NCBI GenBank assembly: GCA_905182255.1
Contig: CAJJAH010000007.1
Location: forward strand, 14,532-78,531
Direction of reading: 5' to 3'
Length of the DNA: 64,000 nt
Origin: Cryomorphaceae bacterium BACL11 MAG-121001-bin54
GTDB lineage: Bacteria; Bacteroidota; Bacteroidia; Flavobacteriales; BACL11
This document shows, one piece after another, positions 27,335 through 37,488 of the stretch; within the stretch, counting starts at the first letter, position 1; the number at the start of each line of letters is the position of its first letter. The notes beneath the pieces are model-generated. The model ran no database searches. It saw nothing but the letters and a program-made list of their open reading frames with translations, and was not told the DNA's origin. Position numbers and translations under genes: made by a program.

Positions 27335-27338
27335 TAGC

Positions 27339-28874
27339 ATGTCAAATTATGAAGATATATTTAAAAAAGTTGTTTCCCATGCAAAAGAGTACGGCTATGT
27401 ATTCCAATCCTCTGATATTTATGATGGTTTAGCAGCTGCTTACGATTATGGACCTAATGGTGTAGAACTTAAAAATAATATCAAAAATTATTGGTGGAAA
27501 TCAATGGTAAATATGCACGAAAATATTGTTGGACTAGATTCTTCTATTTTTATGCATCCTACTACTTGGAAAGCTTCCGGCCATATAGATGCGTTTAACG
27601 ACCCTTTAGTTGACAATAAAGATTCTAAGAAAAGATACCGTGCTGATGTGTTAATAGAAGATCACATTTCTAAGATAGAAACTAAAATTGATAAAGATGT
27701 CTTAAAGGCAACAAAGCGTTTTGGGGAAGCTTTTAATAAAGAAGAATTTCTTGCTAACAATGGAAGAGTTTTAGATAGACAAAAACAAATTGATTCTATA
27801 AATAAGAAAATGAACACTTATCTTTCTTCAAATAATCTGAAAAAAGTAAAAGCATTAATTGAAGAATTAGACATAAAATGTCCTGTTTCAGGCACTAATA
27901 ATTGGACGGATGTTCGTCAGTTTAACTTGATGTTTAAAACACAAATGGGAGCTACTGCTGATGGTTCTTCTGATTTATATTTACGTCCAGAAACTGCACA
28001 AGGTATTTTTGTAAACTTTTTGAATGTGCAAAAAACAGCTCGCATGAAGATTCCTTTTGGAATTGCTCAAATTGGGAAAGCCTTCCGAAATGAAATTATA
28101 GCCCGTCAGTTTATTTTCAGAATGCGTGAATTTGAACAAATGGAAATGCAATTTTTTGTTCGTCCAGGAGAAGAAATGAAATGGTACGCTTATTGGAAAG
28201 ATTTCCGAATGAAATGGCATAATTCATTAAGCATGGGAGAAGATAATTACCGTTTTCATGATCATGAGAACTTAGCGCATTATGCTAATGCCGCTACTGA
28301 TATTCAGTTTAAATTTCCATTCGGATTTAAAGAATTAGAAGGTATCCATTCACGTACGGATTTCGATTTAAAAGCACATCAAGAATATTCTGGGAAAAAA
28401 TTACAATATTTTGATCCTGAATTAGGAGAAAGCTATGTACCGTATGTAGTAGAAACATCTATTGGTTTGGATAGAATGTTCCTTACTGTATTGAGTAATT
28501 CCTTCCGTGAAGAAGAATTAGAGAATGGAGAGAGCAGAGTTGTTCTTAAAATTCCTGCAGTTTTGGCTCCATTAAAAGCAGCCATATTACCGCTTACCAA
28601 AAAAGATGGCATGCCAGAAAAAGCAAGAGAAATAATGAAAATGTTACAGCTTGATTTCAATTGCCAGTATGAAGAAAAGGATTCTATCGGAAAAAGATAT
28701 AGAAGACAAGATGCAATTGGAACTCCTTTCTGCATTACAGTTGATCATCAAACTTTAGAAGACAATACTGTTACTTTAAGGGATAGAGATACTATGACAC
28801 AAGAAAGAATCTCAGTAAAGAAACTACATGATATAATTGCTGAAAAAGTAAGTGTTACTAAACATTTGGCTTAG
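27339..28874 (+). CDS. glyQS: glycine--tRNA ligase (homodimeric type)
   Basis: Class II motifs FRNEIIARQFIFRMREFEQMEMQFF and GLDRM. 511 aa. Confidence 0.92.
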   Translation: MSNYEDIFKKVVSHAKEYGYVFQSSDIYDGLAAAYDYGPNGVELKNNIKNYWWKSMVNMHENIVGLDSSIFMHPTTWKASGHIDAFNDPLVDNKDSKKRYRADVLIEDHISKIETKIDKDVLKATKRFGEAFNKEEFLANNGRVLDRQKQIDSINKKMNTYLSSNNLKKVKALIEELDIKCPVSGTNNWTDVRQFNLMFKTQMGATADGSSDLYLRPETAQGIFVNFLNVQKTARMKIPFGIAQIGKAFRNEIIARQFIFRMREFEQMEMQFFVRPGEEMKWYAYWKDFRMKWHNSLSMGEDNYRFHDHENLAHYANAATDIQFKFPFGFKELEGIHSRTDFDLKAHQEYSGKKLQYFDPELGESYVPYVVETSIGLDRMFLTVLSNSFREEELENGESRVVLKIPAVLAPLKAAILPLTKKDGMPEKAREIMKMLQLDFNCQYEEKDSIGKRYRRQDAIGTPFCITVDHQTLEDNTVTLRDRDTMTQERISVKKLHDIIAEKVSVTKHLA

Positions 28875-29224
28875 TTTTCCCCTTCAGATGTAACTGATAT
28901 TTTATCAAAAGTAGCATCAATTGGAGGTAATACCTTTTCTACCTCTACCGTTACTTTTTTAACTTTATTTAAAGAGAGTATTGCGTCAATAATTCTTTTT
29001 GCGGGATGCTCTATCATGTTAGATCGGATTGCCATTTGCTCCTCTACAATTGCTATGATTTTCACATAATCCACTGTATGTTTTAAATCATCTGTTTTTT
29101 CAACTTCAACTGTATCCACTTCCACCCAAACATTTACTATAAAATGTCCACCTAAAATAGCCTCTTCTGGTAAGTGACCATGATAAGCAAAAACCCTAAT
29201 TCCTTCTAACGTAATTAATCCCAT
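28871..29224 (-). CDS. folB: dihydroneopterin aldolase
   Basis: ITLEGIRVFAYHGHLPEEAILGGHFIVNVWV pattern, 117 aa. Confidence 0.85.
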   Translation of the reverse strand: MGLITLEGIRVFAYHGHLPEEAILGGHFIVNVWVEVDTVEVEKTDDLKHTVDYVKIIAIVEEQMAIRSNMIEHPAKRIIDAILSLNKVKKVTVEVEKVLPPIDATFDKISVTSEGEN

Positions 29225-30747
29225 TAGTTAATTTTTTCTAAAGCTGTTTCCATTCTTTTAATCGTTTCTTCTTTGCCTAAAAGAGAGGCAATATCAAAAA
29301 GAGAAGGCCCCATTCCAAGTCCTGTTAAACAAACTCTAAAAGCAGGTAATAATATTCCCATTCCTAACTCATTTTCCTCCAAGTATTTTTTGAATTCTAT
29401 TTCAATATTTTCAGAAGAAAAATCAGATAAATCTGCTAATTTAGCTTTTAATTCCGACACGTATTTGGGAGTATCTTCCTTCCATTTTTTACGGATTGTT
29501 TTCTCATCATAATTAGTAGGAGCAGAAAAATAATATTTTCCTTCTTCCCACATGTCTTTTACAAAAGTAGCCCTTTCTTTCAACTGATCACAAACAGTTT
29601 CCACAAAATTATCTTCTGCTTCTACCCCATTTTCTTTTAAGATAATTTGTAATTCTTGTGCTAATTTTTCTTTTGATTTGGATCTTAAATATTGTTGATT
29701 AAACCATCTTGTTTTGTCAAAATCAAACTTTGCGCCCGCCCGCCCTACTCTCTCTAAACTGAAAGCATCAATTAATCCTTGCATAGAGAAAATCTCTTGT
29801 GTAGTTCCTGGGTTCCATCCTAAAAAGGAAAGCATATTTATAAATGCCTCTACATTGTAACCACTTTCCTTGTATCCTGAACTAATTTCTTTTGTTTCTG
29901 GATTTACCCACTGAGTTGGGAAAACTGGGAATCCTAATTTATCTCCATCACGCTTACTTAACTTTCCGTTTCCATCTGGCTTAAGTATTAAGGGTAAATG
30001 CGCAAATTTTGGCATCGAATCCTCCCATCCTAAATATCGGTATAACAAAACATGTAAGGGGGCTGATGGCAACCACTCCTCGCCTCTTATTACATGTGAA
30101 ATTTTCATCATGTAATCATCAACCACATTTGCCAAATGATAAGTTGGCAAACCATCCGATTTAAAGATCACTTTATCATCCATGTTATTGGTGTTTACCA
30201 CAACCCAACCTCTAATAATATCATTTAGTTTTATCTCTTCATTTCTAGGCATTTTTATTCGGATAACATACGTCTCACCAGCATCCATTCTCATTTGCAC
30301 CTCATCTTCCGAAAGGGCTAAAGAATTTTGCATTGTAGTACGGGTTACCGAATTGTATTGTGGTGAAGGAACTCCTGCTGCTTTCATTCGCTCTCGCATT
30401 GCCAATAACTCTTCTGTAGTATCAAAAGCATAATAAGCAAAATCATCTTTCACTAATTGTTCAGCATATGGAAGATACAACTCCTTTCTCTCAGATTGCT
30501 TGTAAGGTCCATAATTTCCGCCATCAACAATTGATTCATCAAACTCAATTCCACACCATTTTAAGGATTTAATAATATATTGTTCAGCTCCCTCAATAAA
30601 CCTTGATTGGTCGGTGTCTTCAATACGCAAAATTATTTTTCCGCCTTTATTTTTGGCAAAAAGGTAATTGTAAAGAGCTGTTCTTACTCCTCCAATATGT
30701 AGTGGTCCAGTCGGACTTGGTGCAAAACGCACTCTTACTTCTGACAT
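29224..30747 (-). CDS. gltX: glutamate--tRNA ligase
   Basis: RFAPSPTGPLHIGGVRTAL (HIGH) and KLSKR (KMSKS) motifs. Confidence 0.93.
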   Translation of the reverse strand: MSEVRVRFAPSPTGPLHIGGVRTALYNYLFAKNKGGKIILRIEDTDQSRFIEGAEQYIIKSLKWCGIEFDESIVDGGNYGPYKQSERKELYLPYAEQLVKDDFAYYAFDTTEELLAMRERMKAAGVPSPQYNSVTRTTMQNSLALSEDEVQMRMDAGETYVIRIKMPRNEEIKLNDIIRGWVVVNTNNMDDKVIFKSDGLPTYHLANVVDDYMMKISHVIRGEEWLPSAPLHVLLYRYLGWEDSMPKFAHLPLILKPDGNGKLSKRDGDKLGFPVFPTQWVNPETKEISSGYKESGYNVEAFINMLSFLGWNPGTTQEIFSMQGLIDAFSLERVGRAGAKFDFDKTRWFNQQYLRSKSKEKLAQELQIILKENGVEAEDNFVETVCDQLKERATFVKDMWEEGKYYFSAPTNYDEKTIRKKWKEDTPKYVSELKAKLADLSDFSSENIEIEFKKYLEENELGMGILLPAFRVCLTGLGMGPSLFDIASLLGKEETIKRMETALEKIN

Positions 30748-30767
30748 TGTGTTTTATTTTTCGTTTG

Positions 30768-30775
30768 CAAAGATA
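30768..30775 (-). promoter_or_regulatory. -7 promoter box TAtcTTTG upstream of gltX
   Basis: Reverse complement of caaagata. 20 nt upstream of ATG 30747. Confidence 0.5.
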
Positions 30776-30820
30776 AGATTTATCAATTAATATTGTTTTA
30801 TGAAAAGCCGTTAAAAATTG

Positions 30821-30828
30821 TACTTTTG
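30821..30828 (+). promoter_or_regulatory. -7 promoter box TActTTTG upstream of DUF4175-like gene
   Basis: 5 nt upstream of GTG 30834. Confidence 0.5.
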
Positions 30829-30833
30829 CAATA

Positions 30834-33800
30834 GTGAATAAAGAGCCTAAAATAGAACTGTTTGAAAAACTGAATAATTTCGTTAAACGATTTTATATAA
30901 ATCAGCTAATTAAGGGTGGTATTTATTCTTTAGCAGTACTAACCATCTTCTTTATACTTTTTTCAATTATTGAGTATTTTACTCAATTTGGAGTAGGAAG
31001 TCGCACCTTTTTATTCTGGGCCTATCTTACTATAAATGGGATAATTGCTTTAAAATACATTCTTATCCCCCTACTTCATTTGTTAAGTTTCGGGAAAATA
31101 TTAAGCCATAAACAAGCGGCAAAAATTATAGGAACTCATTTTACTGAAATTGGAGATAAGCTGATAAATATTCTAGAACTACATGAAATGAGTACGACTG
31201 AGAATGCATTAATAAATGCAAGTATTCAGCAAAAAACAAAAGACATAAAGCCCATTTCATTTGGAAGTGCAATTAATTATTCTGATAACAAGAAATATAC
31301 AAAATGGATACTTATTCCAATTGCAATAATCTTACTTTTCATTATTTCTGGCAAGCAATACATACTTACCGAAAGTTCAGCCAGGATACTAAAACACAAT
31401 ACTTTTTTTGAACCAAAAGCTCCGTTCCAATATATTATTTTAAATCCTAAGTTAGAAGTAATTCAATTTGAAGATTATAAACTTTTGATTGAGATAACAG
31501 GTAATGAAATTCCTAATGACGTATTCATTAAATCAAGTGGGAATTCATTTCGTTTAAAAAAGGATGGCAATACTAATTTTGAATACCTTTTTAAAGTTGT
31601 AAATAATGATATAAAATTTCAATTCTTAGCAGGAGGCTATCAAAGCGAATATTATACTTTGGAGGCACTGGCACAACCTAAAGTGGTAGATTTTAGCCTA
31701 GAGTTAAACTACCCAGATTACACGAAGACAAAAAAAGAAACTATAAAAAACAATGGAGATATCGTTATTCCAGAAGGAACTAGCGTAGAGTGGGAAGTGA
31801 AGTTACAGAATACAGAAAACATCTATCTTATTTTTTCTGAAAGCAAACACAAACAAAGCACTACAAATAAATTTATTTATAAAAAGTCTTTTTTTAGTAG
31901 TACTCCTTATCAAATTATCACCCAAAACGAGCATCAACTAACTGATACTTTATCCTATTATATTAAAGTTATTCCAGACGCTTACCCTCAAATTAATGTA
32001 AAACAGAATTTTGATAGTACAAATGCACAGTTTTCGTTTTCCGGAGAAATTGAGGATGATTATCTTTTAAAAAAATTGACTTTTAATTATCAAATTACAA
32101 GTAATGATACTAATTCATTAATGAGTCAGCAATTGAGCATTAAAGAACTATCAAAAGAACTTTTCTTTTTTACTTTCAATTTTAATGATATTGAATTAGC
32201 AGCAGGGAAAGAAATAGAATACTATTTTGAGGTTTGGGACAATGATGATATAAATGGCTCAAAAAGCACAAAAAGCACGATTTTTTCATATAAAGAAGCA
32301 ACTAAAAAAGAGTTAATATTAAAAAAAGATGCTGAAAATGAAAAAATAAAAAACGGACTTAATAAATCAATATCACTTGCAAATGAAATTAGAAAAGATA
32401 TTTCAGAACTAAATAAAAATATTCTAGAAAAGAAAAAAATTACTTGGGAAGACAAGATAAAAGCTAAAGAAATTCTTAAAAAACAAAAGCAATTAGAAAA
32501 ACTAATTAAAAATACTCAGCAAAAAAATAGTGATAACTTAAAAAATAAAGAAAAATTAAATTCTTCTGTGCTAGAAAAACAGAAACAATTACAAGAATTA
32601 ATGAACAAGGTCCTTGATGAAGAAACCAAAAAACTCTTACAGGAAATGGAAGAGATGATGGAAAAGGCTGACAAACAAAAATTAAAGGAATTACTAGACA
32701 GGTTAGATGAAGAAAACATAGATTTAGAAAAAGAATTAGATAGAGAGCTAGAACTATTTAAACAGTTAGAATTTGAGCAGAAAATAGAAGAGACGCTTGA
32801 GAAGATAGAAAAAATAAAGAAAGAGCAGGAGGATTTAAAAAAAGAAACTAAAAAAGGAAATTTAGAAAAAAAAGAGCTTGCTAAAAAACAAGAAGAACTA
32901 AGTATAAAAATGAATGATCTGACAAAAGACCTACAAGATATCAGAAAAAAAAATATGGAGCTAGAAGATAAAAATAAAATTCCAGATACAAAATCTCAAG
33001 AACAAGCTGTAAAACAAAAAATGCAAGAAAGTAAGAGTGCTCTTGAAAAAGGAAAAAAAAGCAAAGCTAAAAAAGCACAAGAGGATGCTATTAAAGAATT
33101 GGGAGAATTAGAGAAGAAACTACAAAGTATGCAGAAAAGTAGCTCTGAGCAAAAACCCCAAGAAGATATGGAGACCTTAAGAAAAATACTAGAGAATTTA
33201 GTTACACTTTCTTTTAGCCAGGAAGACCTTCTGTTGCGAGCTAATACTATTCCTAAAAATAGTGCTGAATTTATAAATGTTGTAAAACAACAAAATAAAC
33301 TAGCTGATGATAGTCAAATTATTGAAGATTCGCTATTAGCGCTAAGCAAAAGAGTTGTACAAATACAAGCAACAATCAATAAAGAGATTTCTTCTATCAA
33401 TAATAATATGCAAAAATCAACAAATGAACTAGAGCAAAGACAGGTGAGTAAAGCCGTAGAACGCCAGCAATTTGTAATGACATCTACCAACAACTTAGCT
33501 TTACTTTTATCTGAAATACTTGAGCAAATGCAAAAAGAATTAGAGATGCCTCCATCAAACTGTAATAAGCCCTCAAATTGTAATAAGCCAAATCCTAATG
33601 GAAAGAAACCTTCAATTTCACAATTAAAAGACGCTCAAAAGAAGCTAAATGAAAAAATGAAAAATGGTGAAAATGGAGGAAAAGGGAAAAAGGGAGAGAA
33701 AATTTCCAAAAAGCTGATGCAACTTGCAAAACAACAAGAAGCAATCAGAAAACAGTTAATGGAGTTGAGGGATGAACAAGGGGGAAATGGCGAAAAAGGG

Positions 33801-34130
33801 AATCTTGATAAGATACTAAAAGATATGGGAGAGAATGAAATAGATATTATCAATAATAGAATTACAAATGAAACAATTTTACGGCAAAAAGAGATTCTGA
33901 CTAGATTACTTCAGGCTGAAAAATCTGAAAGAGAGCAAGGAGAGGATAATCAACGTAAATCAACTGAATGGAATTATTCGCCTGACATAATAACTGAACA
34001 ATACTTAGAATATAAAAAGAAAAAGAAACAGCAAGAAGAACTTTTAAAAACAACGCCTGTACAGCTAAAACCATATTACAAAAGGAAGGTTAATACTTAT
34101 TTCAATACCTTAATTAAGGAAGGTAAATGA
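30834..34130 (+). CDS. large membrane-anchored coiled-coil protein (DUF4175-like)
   Basis: 1098 aa. N-terminal TMs, beta-rich middle, about 350 aa of Lys/Glu coiled coil, Gly/Lys low-complexity segments. GTG start 5 nt after a -7 box. Position between gltX and ybeY-mnmG is as I recall for DUF4175. Confidence 0.55.
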   Translation: MNKEPKIELFEKLNNFVKRFYINQLIKGGIYSLAVLTIFFILFSIIEYFTQFGVGSRTFLFWAYLTINGIIALKYILIPLLHLLSFGKILSHKQAAKIIGTHFTEIGDKLINILELHEMSTTENALINASIQQKTKDIKPISFGSAINYSDNKKYTKWILIPIAIILLFIISGKQYILTESSARILKHNTFFEPKAPFQYIILNPKLEVIQFEDYKLLIEITGNEIPNDVFIKSSGNSFRLKKDGNTNFEYLFKVVNNDIKFQFLAGGYQSEYYTLEALAQPKVVDFSLELNYPDYTKTKKETIKNNGDIVIPEGTSVEWEVKLQNTENIYLIFSESKHKQSTTNKFIYKKSFFSSTPYQIITQNEHQLTDTLSYYIKVIPDAYPQINVKQNFDSTNAQFSFSGEIEDDYLLKKLTFNYQITSNDTNSLMSQQLSIKELSKELFFFTFNFNDIELAAGKEIEYYFEVWDNDDINGSKSTKSTIFSYKEATKKELILKKDAENEKIKNGLNKSISLANEIRKDISELNKNILEKKKITWEDKIKAKEILKKQKQLEKLIKNTQQKNSDNLKNKEKLNSSVLEKQKQLQELMNKVLDEETKKLLQEMEEMMEKADKQKLKELLDRLDEENIDLEKELDRELELFKQLEFEQKIEETLEKIEKIKKEQEDLKKETKKGNLEKKELAKKQEELSIKMNDLTKDLQDIRKKNMELEDKNKIPDTKSQEQAVKQKMQESKSALEKGKKSKAKKAQEDAIKELGELEKKLQSMQKSSSEQKPQEDMETLRKILENLVTLSFSQEDLLLRANTIPKNSAEFINVVKQQNKLADDSQIIEDSLLALSKRVVQIQATINKEISSINNNMQKSTNELEQRQVSKAVERQQFVMTSTNNLALLLSEILEQMQKELEMPPSNCNKPSNCNKPNPNGKKPSISQLKDAQKKLNEKMKNGENGGKGKKGEKISKKLMQLAKQQEAIRKQLMELRDEQGGNGEKGNLDKILKDMGENEIDIINNRITNETILRQKEILTRLLQAEKSEREQGEDNQRKSTEWNYSPDIITEQYLEYKKKKKQQEELLKTTPVQLKPYYKRKVNTYFNTLIKEGK
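33552..33587 (+). repeat. in-frame tandem duplication, 2 x 18 bp (PSNCNK PSNCNK)
   Basis: ccatcaaactgtaataag / ccctcaaattgtaataag inside the DUF4175-like CDS. Confidence 0.8.
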
Positions 34131-34543
34131 TAGATTTTCAATACATAGAAAACAATAAACTAAGCAATACTGATGATTTAAATTTATGGATAGAAAGTAT
34201 TATTAAAGAGGAGAGAATGATAATGGGAGAAATTGTTTATGTACTATGTAATGACGATTACTTACTTAAACAAAACGTCAAATTTTTAAAACATACCACT
34301 CTTACTGATGTAATTACTTTTGATTATTCTAAATATAAAATAATAAGTGGAGATATACTTATAAGTACTGAAAGAGTAGTTGAAAATGCTAAAATATTCA
34401 AAGTTGATTATTTAACTGAATTACGCAGAGTGATGGTACACGGTTTACTACATTTGCTCGGCTATAATGACAAGCATAAAAAAGACGCAAATAAAATGCG
34501 TGAAAAAGAAAATTATTATATAAATAAATTTATAAATAACTGA
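34127..34543 (+). CDS. ybeY: rRNA maturation RNase
   Basis: HGLLHLLGYNDKH zinc motif, 138 aa. Confidence 0.9.
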   Translation: MIDFQYIENNKLSNTDDLNLWIESIIKEERMIMGEIVYVLCNDDYLLKQNVKFLKHTTLTDVITFDYSKYKIISGDILISTERVVENAKIFKVDYLTELRRVMVHGLLHLLGYNDKHKKDANKMREKENYYINKFINN

Positions 34544-34550
34544 TTATCAA

Positions 34551-34558
34551 TATTTTTG
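34551..34558 (+). promoter_or_regulatory. -7 promoter box TAttTTTG upstream of mnmG
   Basis: In the 36-nt ybeY-mnmG spacer, 21 nt upstream of ATG 34580. Confidence 0.45.
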
Positions 34559-34579
34559 ATATTATTCTCGTAAAACAAT

Positions 34580-36451
34580 ATGAAATTAGAAGAGGTATAT
34601 GATGTAATAATAGTAGGAGGAGGACATGCAGGTTGTGAAGCAGCACATGCTGCAGCAACTCTTGGATCAAAAGTACTATTAGTAACACAAAATTTAGAAA
34701 CTCTAGCGCGTATGTCTTGCAATCCAGCTATGGGCGGTGTGGCAAAAGGCCAAATAATAAGAGAGATTGATGCTTTGGGAGGGCTTTCTGGTATAATTAC
34801 CGACGCCTCATCAATTCAGTTTAGAATGCTTAATAAAAGTAAAGGACCTGCTATGTGGAGTCCAAGAGCGCAGTGTGATAGAAAGGTATTTGAAAAAGAA
34901 TGGCGTAAAGGGCTTGAAGGAAATAAGAACATTGATTTCTGGCAGGACACTGTAGATAATATCATTACTGAAAAAGGAGCCGTTAAAGGAGTTATTACCA
35001 AAATGGGGGTTGAAATATCTGCTAAGAGTGTTATATTATGTAATGGAACTTTCTTAAATGGTCTAATACATCTAGGCAAAAAGAATTACAAAGGAGGTAG
35101 GTCAGGAGAACCTTCAGCTGAAGGGATTACAAAACAATTAATTGAATTAGGCTTTACAAGTGGTAGAATGAAAACCGGTACACCACCTCGTCTAGATGGA
35201 AGAACAATTGACTACTCGCTAACAGAAGAACAACCTGGAGATGAAAATACTGTCAGTTTTTCTTACATGACAAAAAATAAGATAAAAGATCAAAAATCGT
35301 GCTTTATCACATACACTTCCAAAGCCGTACACGAAATATTAAAAGAAGGATTTAAAGATTCACCAATGTTTTCAGGTAGAATAAAAGGATTAGGGCCACG
35401 CTACTGTCCATCAATTGAAGATAAGATTGAACGCTTTGCAAGCAAAGATAGACATCAATTATTTATAGAACCTGAAGGAAGAGACACCGTTGAAATTTAT
35501 TTAAATGGATTTTCAACTTCACTTCCAGAAGCTGTACAACTAAAAGCACTGAGAAAGATTAAGGGCCTTGAAAAGGTAAAGATGTTTAGAGCTGGTTATG
35601 CTATTGAATATGATTACTTTCCACCTACACAACTTAAACATACACTAGAAACCAAGATAGTAAAAAATCTCTTCTTTTGTGGTCAAATAAACGGAACAAC
35701 AGGATATGAAGAAGCAGCTGCTCAGGGTTTAATGGCAGGAATAAATGCTCATCAAAATACACATGAAAAAGAAGAGTTTATATTAACTAGGTCGGACGCT
35801 TACATTGGTGTATTAATAGATGACCTAATAACAAAAGGAACTGAGGAGCCATACAGAATGTTTACCTCAAGAGCAGAATACAGATTGCTTTTAAGACAAG
35901 ATAATGCTGATATTAGACTTACAAAAAAAGGATACGAAATAGGCCTGGCTAAAATTGAGAGAATAGAGCAACTAGAAAAAAAAGAAATTGAAACAGCAGA
36001 ACTAATAAAATTCTTAAATAAACAGAGCATAGACCCAAATGACATAAACCCTGTACTTGAAAGATTAGGAAGTGCAGTATTAAAACAAAAAGTAAAAATT
36101 AAATCAATACTGTCAAGACCTCACATTACACTAAACGATCTATTAGTTTGTAAAGAGTTAAGCAAATACCTAAAGGAAAAAAACTGCGCCTTGGAGGCCA
36201 TTGAACAAGCTGAAATTGAAATAAAATATGGAGGTTATTTAAGCAAGGAAAAGGAGTCAGCTGAAAAATCAATAAGACTTGAAAGTATTAAAATTGACAA
36301 AGAATTTAAATTTGATAAACTACATTCGATTTCTTCTGAAGGTAGGGAAAAATTAAACGCCATACAGCCCAAAACAATAGGGCAAGCGTCAAGAATTAGT
36401 GGTGTTTCTCCTTCCGATGTTAATGTCCTTTTAGTGTACTTAGGAAGATGA
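34580..36451 (+). CDS. mnmG: tRNA uridine-5-carboxymethylaminomethyl(34) synthesis enzyme
   Basis: YDVIIVGGGHAGCEAA FAD motif, 623 aa, conserved GidA C-terminus GQASRISGVSPSD. Confidence 0.94.
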   Translation: MKLEEVYDVIIVGGGHAGCEAAHAAATLGSKVLLVTQNLETLARMSCNPAMGGVAKGQIIREIDALGGLSGIITDASSIQFRMLNKSKGPAMWSPRAQCDRKVFEKEWRKGLEGNKNIDFWQDTVDNIITEKGAVKGVITKMGVEISAKSVILCNGTFLNGLIHLGKKNYKGGRSGEPSAEGITKQLIELGFTSGRMKTGTPPRLDGRTIDYSLTEEQPGDENTVSFSYMTKNKIKDQKSCFITYTSKAVHEILKEGFKDSPMFSGRIKGLGPRYCPSIEDKIERFASKDRHQLFIEPEGRDTVEIYLNGFSTSLPEAVQLKALRKIKGLEKVKMFRAGYAIEYDYFPPTQLKHTLETKIVKNLFFCGQINGTTGYEEAAAQGLMAGINAHQNTHEKEEFILTRSDAYIGVLIDDLITKGTEEPYRMFTSRAEYRLLLRQDNADIRLTKKGYEIGLAKIERIEQLEKKEIETAELIKFLNKQSIDPNDINPVLERLGSAVLKQKVKIKSILSRPHITLNDLLVCKELSKYLKEKNCALEAIEQAEIEIKYGGYLSKEKESAEKSIRLESIKIDKEFKFDKLHSISSEGREKLNAIQPKTIGQASRISGVSPSDVNVLLVYLGR

Positions 36452-37341
36452 TATTGTTAGATAATTGCCCAATTTGTCAAGATGGTAATTTGCAGAAGAA
36501 ATTTGATTGCATAGACCACTCTACATCAAAAGAAAAATTTACAATTGTTTCATGTGAAACATGCGAGTTTAATTTTACTAATCCAAGGCCTGAAAATAAT
36601 TTATTAGAAAAATACTACAAATCAGATGCGTACATTTCTCACACAAACAACACTGAAGGCTTGTTTAATTGGATGTATCATACAGTAAGAAAATATGCAA
36701 TTAAAACAAAACTAAACCTTCTAAAAAAAGTATCTGTGAGAAAAAATCATCTTGATATTGGATGCGGTACTGGAGAGTTTTTAAACGCATGTAAAATTTC
36801 GGGATACAACACAAAAGGCATAGAACCCTCTGAGCTTGCTAGGAAACAGGCAATCAATAATTTCAACCTTTCTGTAAATGAAAAGACTGAATTAGATCAA
36901 TTTAAAAACAATGAATTTGATTCAATAAGCATGTGGCATGTTCTAGAACATGTACCTTCACTACACAAGACAATTAAGGGTCTAAACAGAATACTAAGTG
37001 ATAATGGTAAAATTCTTATTGCAGTTCCTAATAACAAAAGCTGGGACGCGGGATACTACAAAGAGTACTGGGCTGGATGGGACGTGCCAATACATTTGTG
37101 GCATTTCTCACAAATAAATATTGAAAAACTATTTAATAAATATAATTTTAATCTCGTAGTAAAAAAACCAATGCTATTTGACTCATTTTACGTCTCGCTA
37201 CTTAGTGAGGAGTTTAAATCAGGAAGAAAGAAATATATAAAAGGATTCACAATTGGACTAATCTCTAATATTATTGGAATGCTTACAAATAGAGGACACT
37301 CAAGCACTATATATGTGTTTGAGAAAAATAAAGCATTTTAA
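36448..37341 (+). CDS. class I SAM-dependent methyltransferase with N-terminal zinc ribbon
   Basis: CPICQ...CETCEF ribbon and motif I LDIGCGTGEF. Confidence 0.8.
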   Translation: MILLDNCPICQDGNLQKKFDCIDHSTSKEKFTIVSCETCEFNFTNPRPENNLLEKYYKSDAYISHTNNTEGLFNWMYHTVRKYAIKTKLNLLKKVSVRKNHLDIGCGTGEFLNACKISGYNTKGIEPSELARKQAINNFNLSVNEKTELDQFKNNEFDSISMWHVLEHVPSLHKTIKGLNRILSDNGKILIAVPNNKSWDAGYYKEYWAGWDVPIHLWHFSQINIEKLFNKYNFNLVVKKPMLFDSFYVSLLSEEFKSGRKKYIKGFTIGLISNIIGMLTNRGHSSTIYVFEKNKAF

Positions 37342-37476
37342 AGCTTTTTAAGAGACTTAAAATTAAACACGAACATTTAGCATATAAAATAAAAATCTAT
37401 TGATCTTTTATTTTTATCATAACTATTTGATTTACAGATACATATAGTAAAATTAGATATATTAAAGATAATTACT

Positions 37477-37484
37477 TACTTTTG
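37477..37484 (+). promoter_or_regulatory. -7 promoter box TActTTTG, 4 nt upstream of FN3-repeat protein ATG
   Basis: N4 spacing to ATG 37489. Confidence 0.55.
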
Positions 37485-37488
37485 TATA

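Noticed and set aside
32945-32953. Homopolymer tracts as possible slipped-strand phase-variation switches: A9 here, A8 at 33053-33060, and A8 at 60373-60380 (T8 in the adhesin signal-peptide coding region).
   Set aside because: They encode Lys runs in a Lys-rich coiled coil or Phe runs in a signal peptide of an AT-rich genome. There is no evidence of frameshifted alleles within the window, and the tracts are short for efficient slippage.
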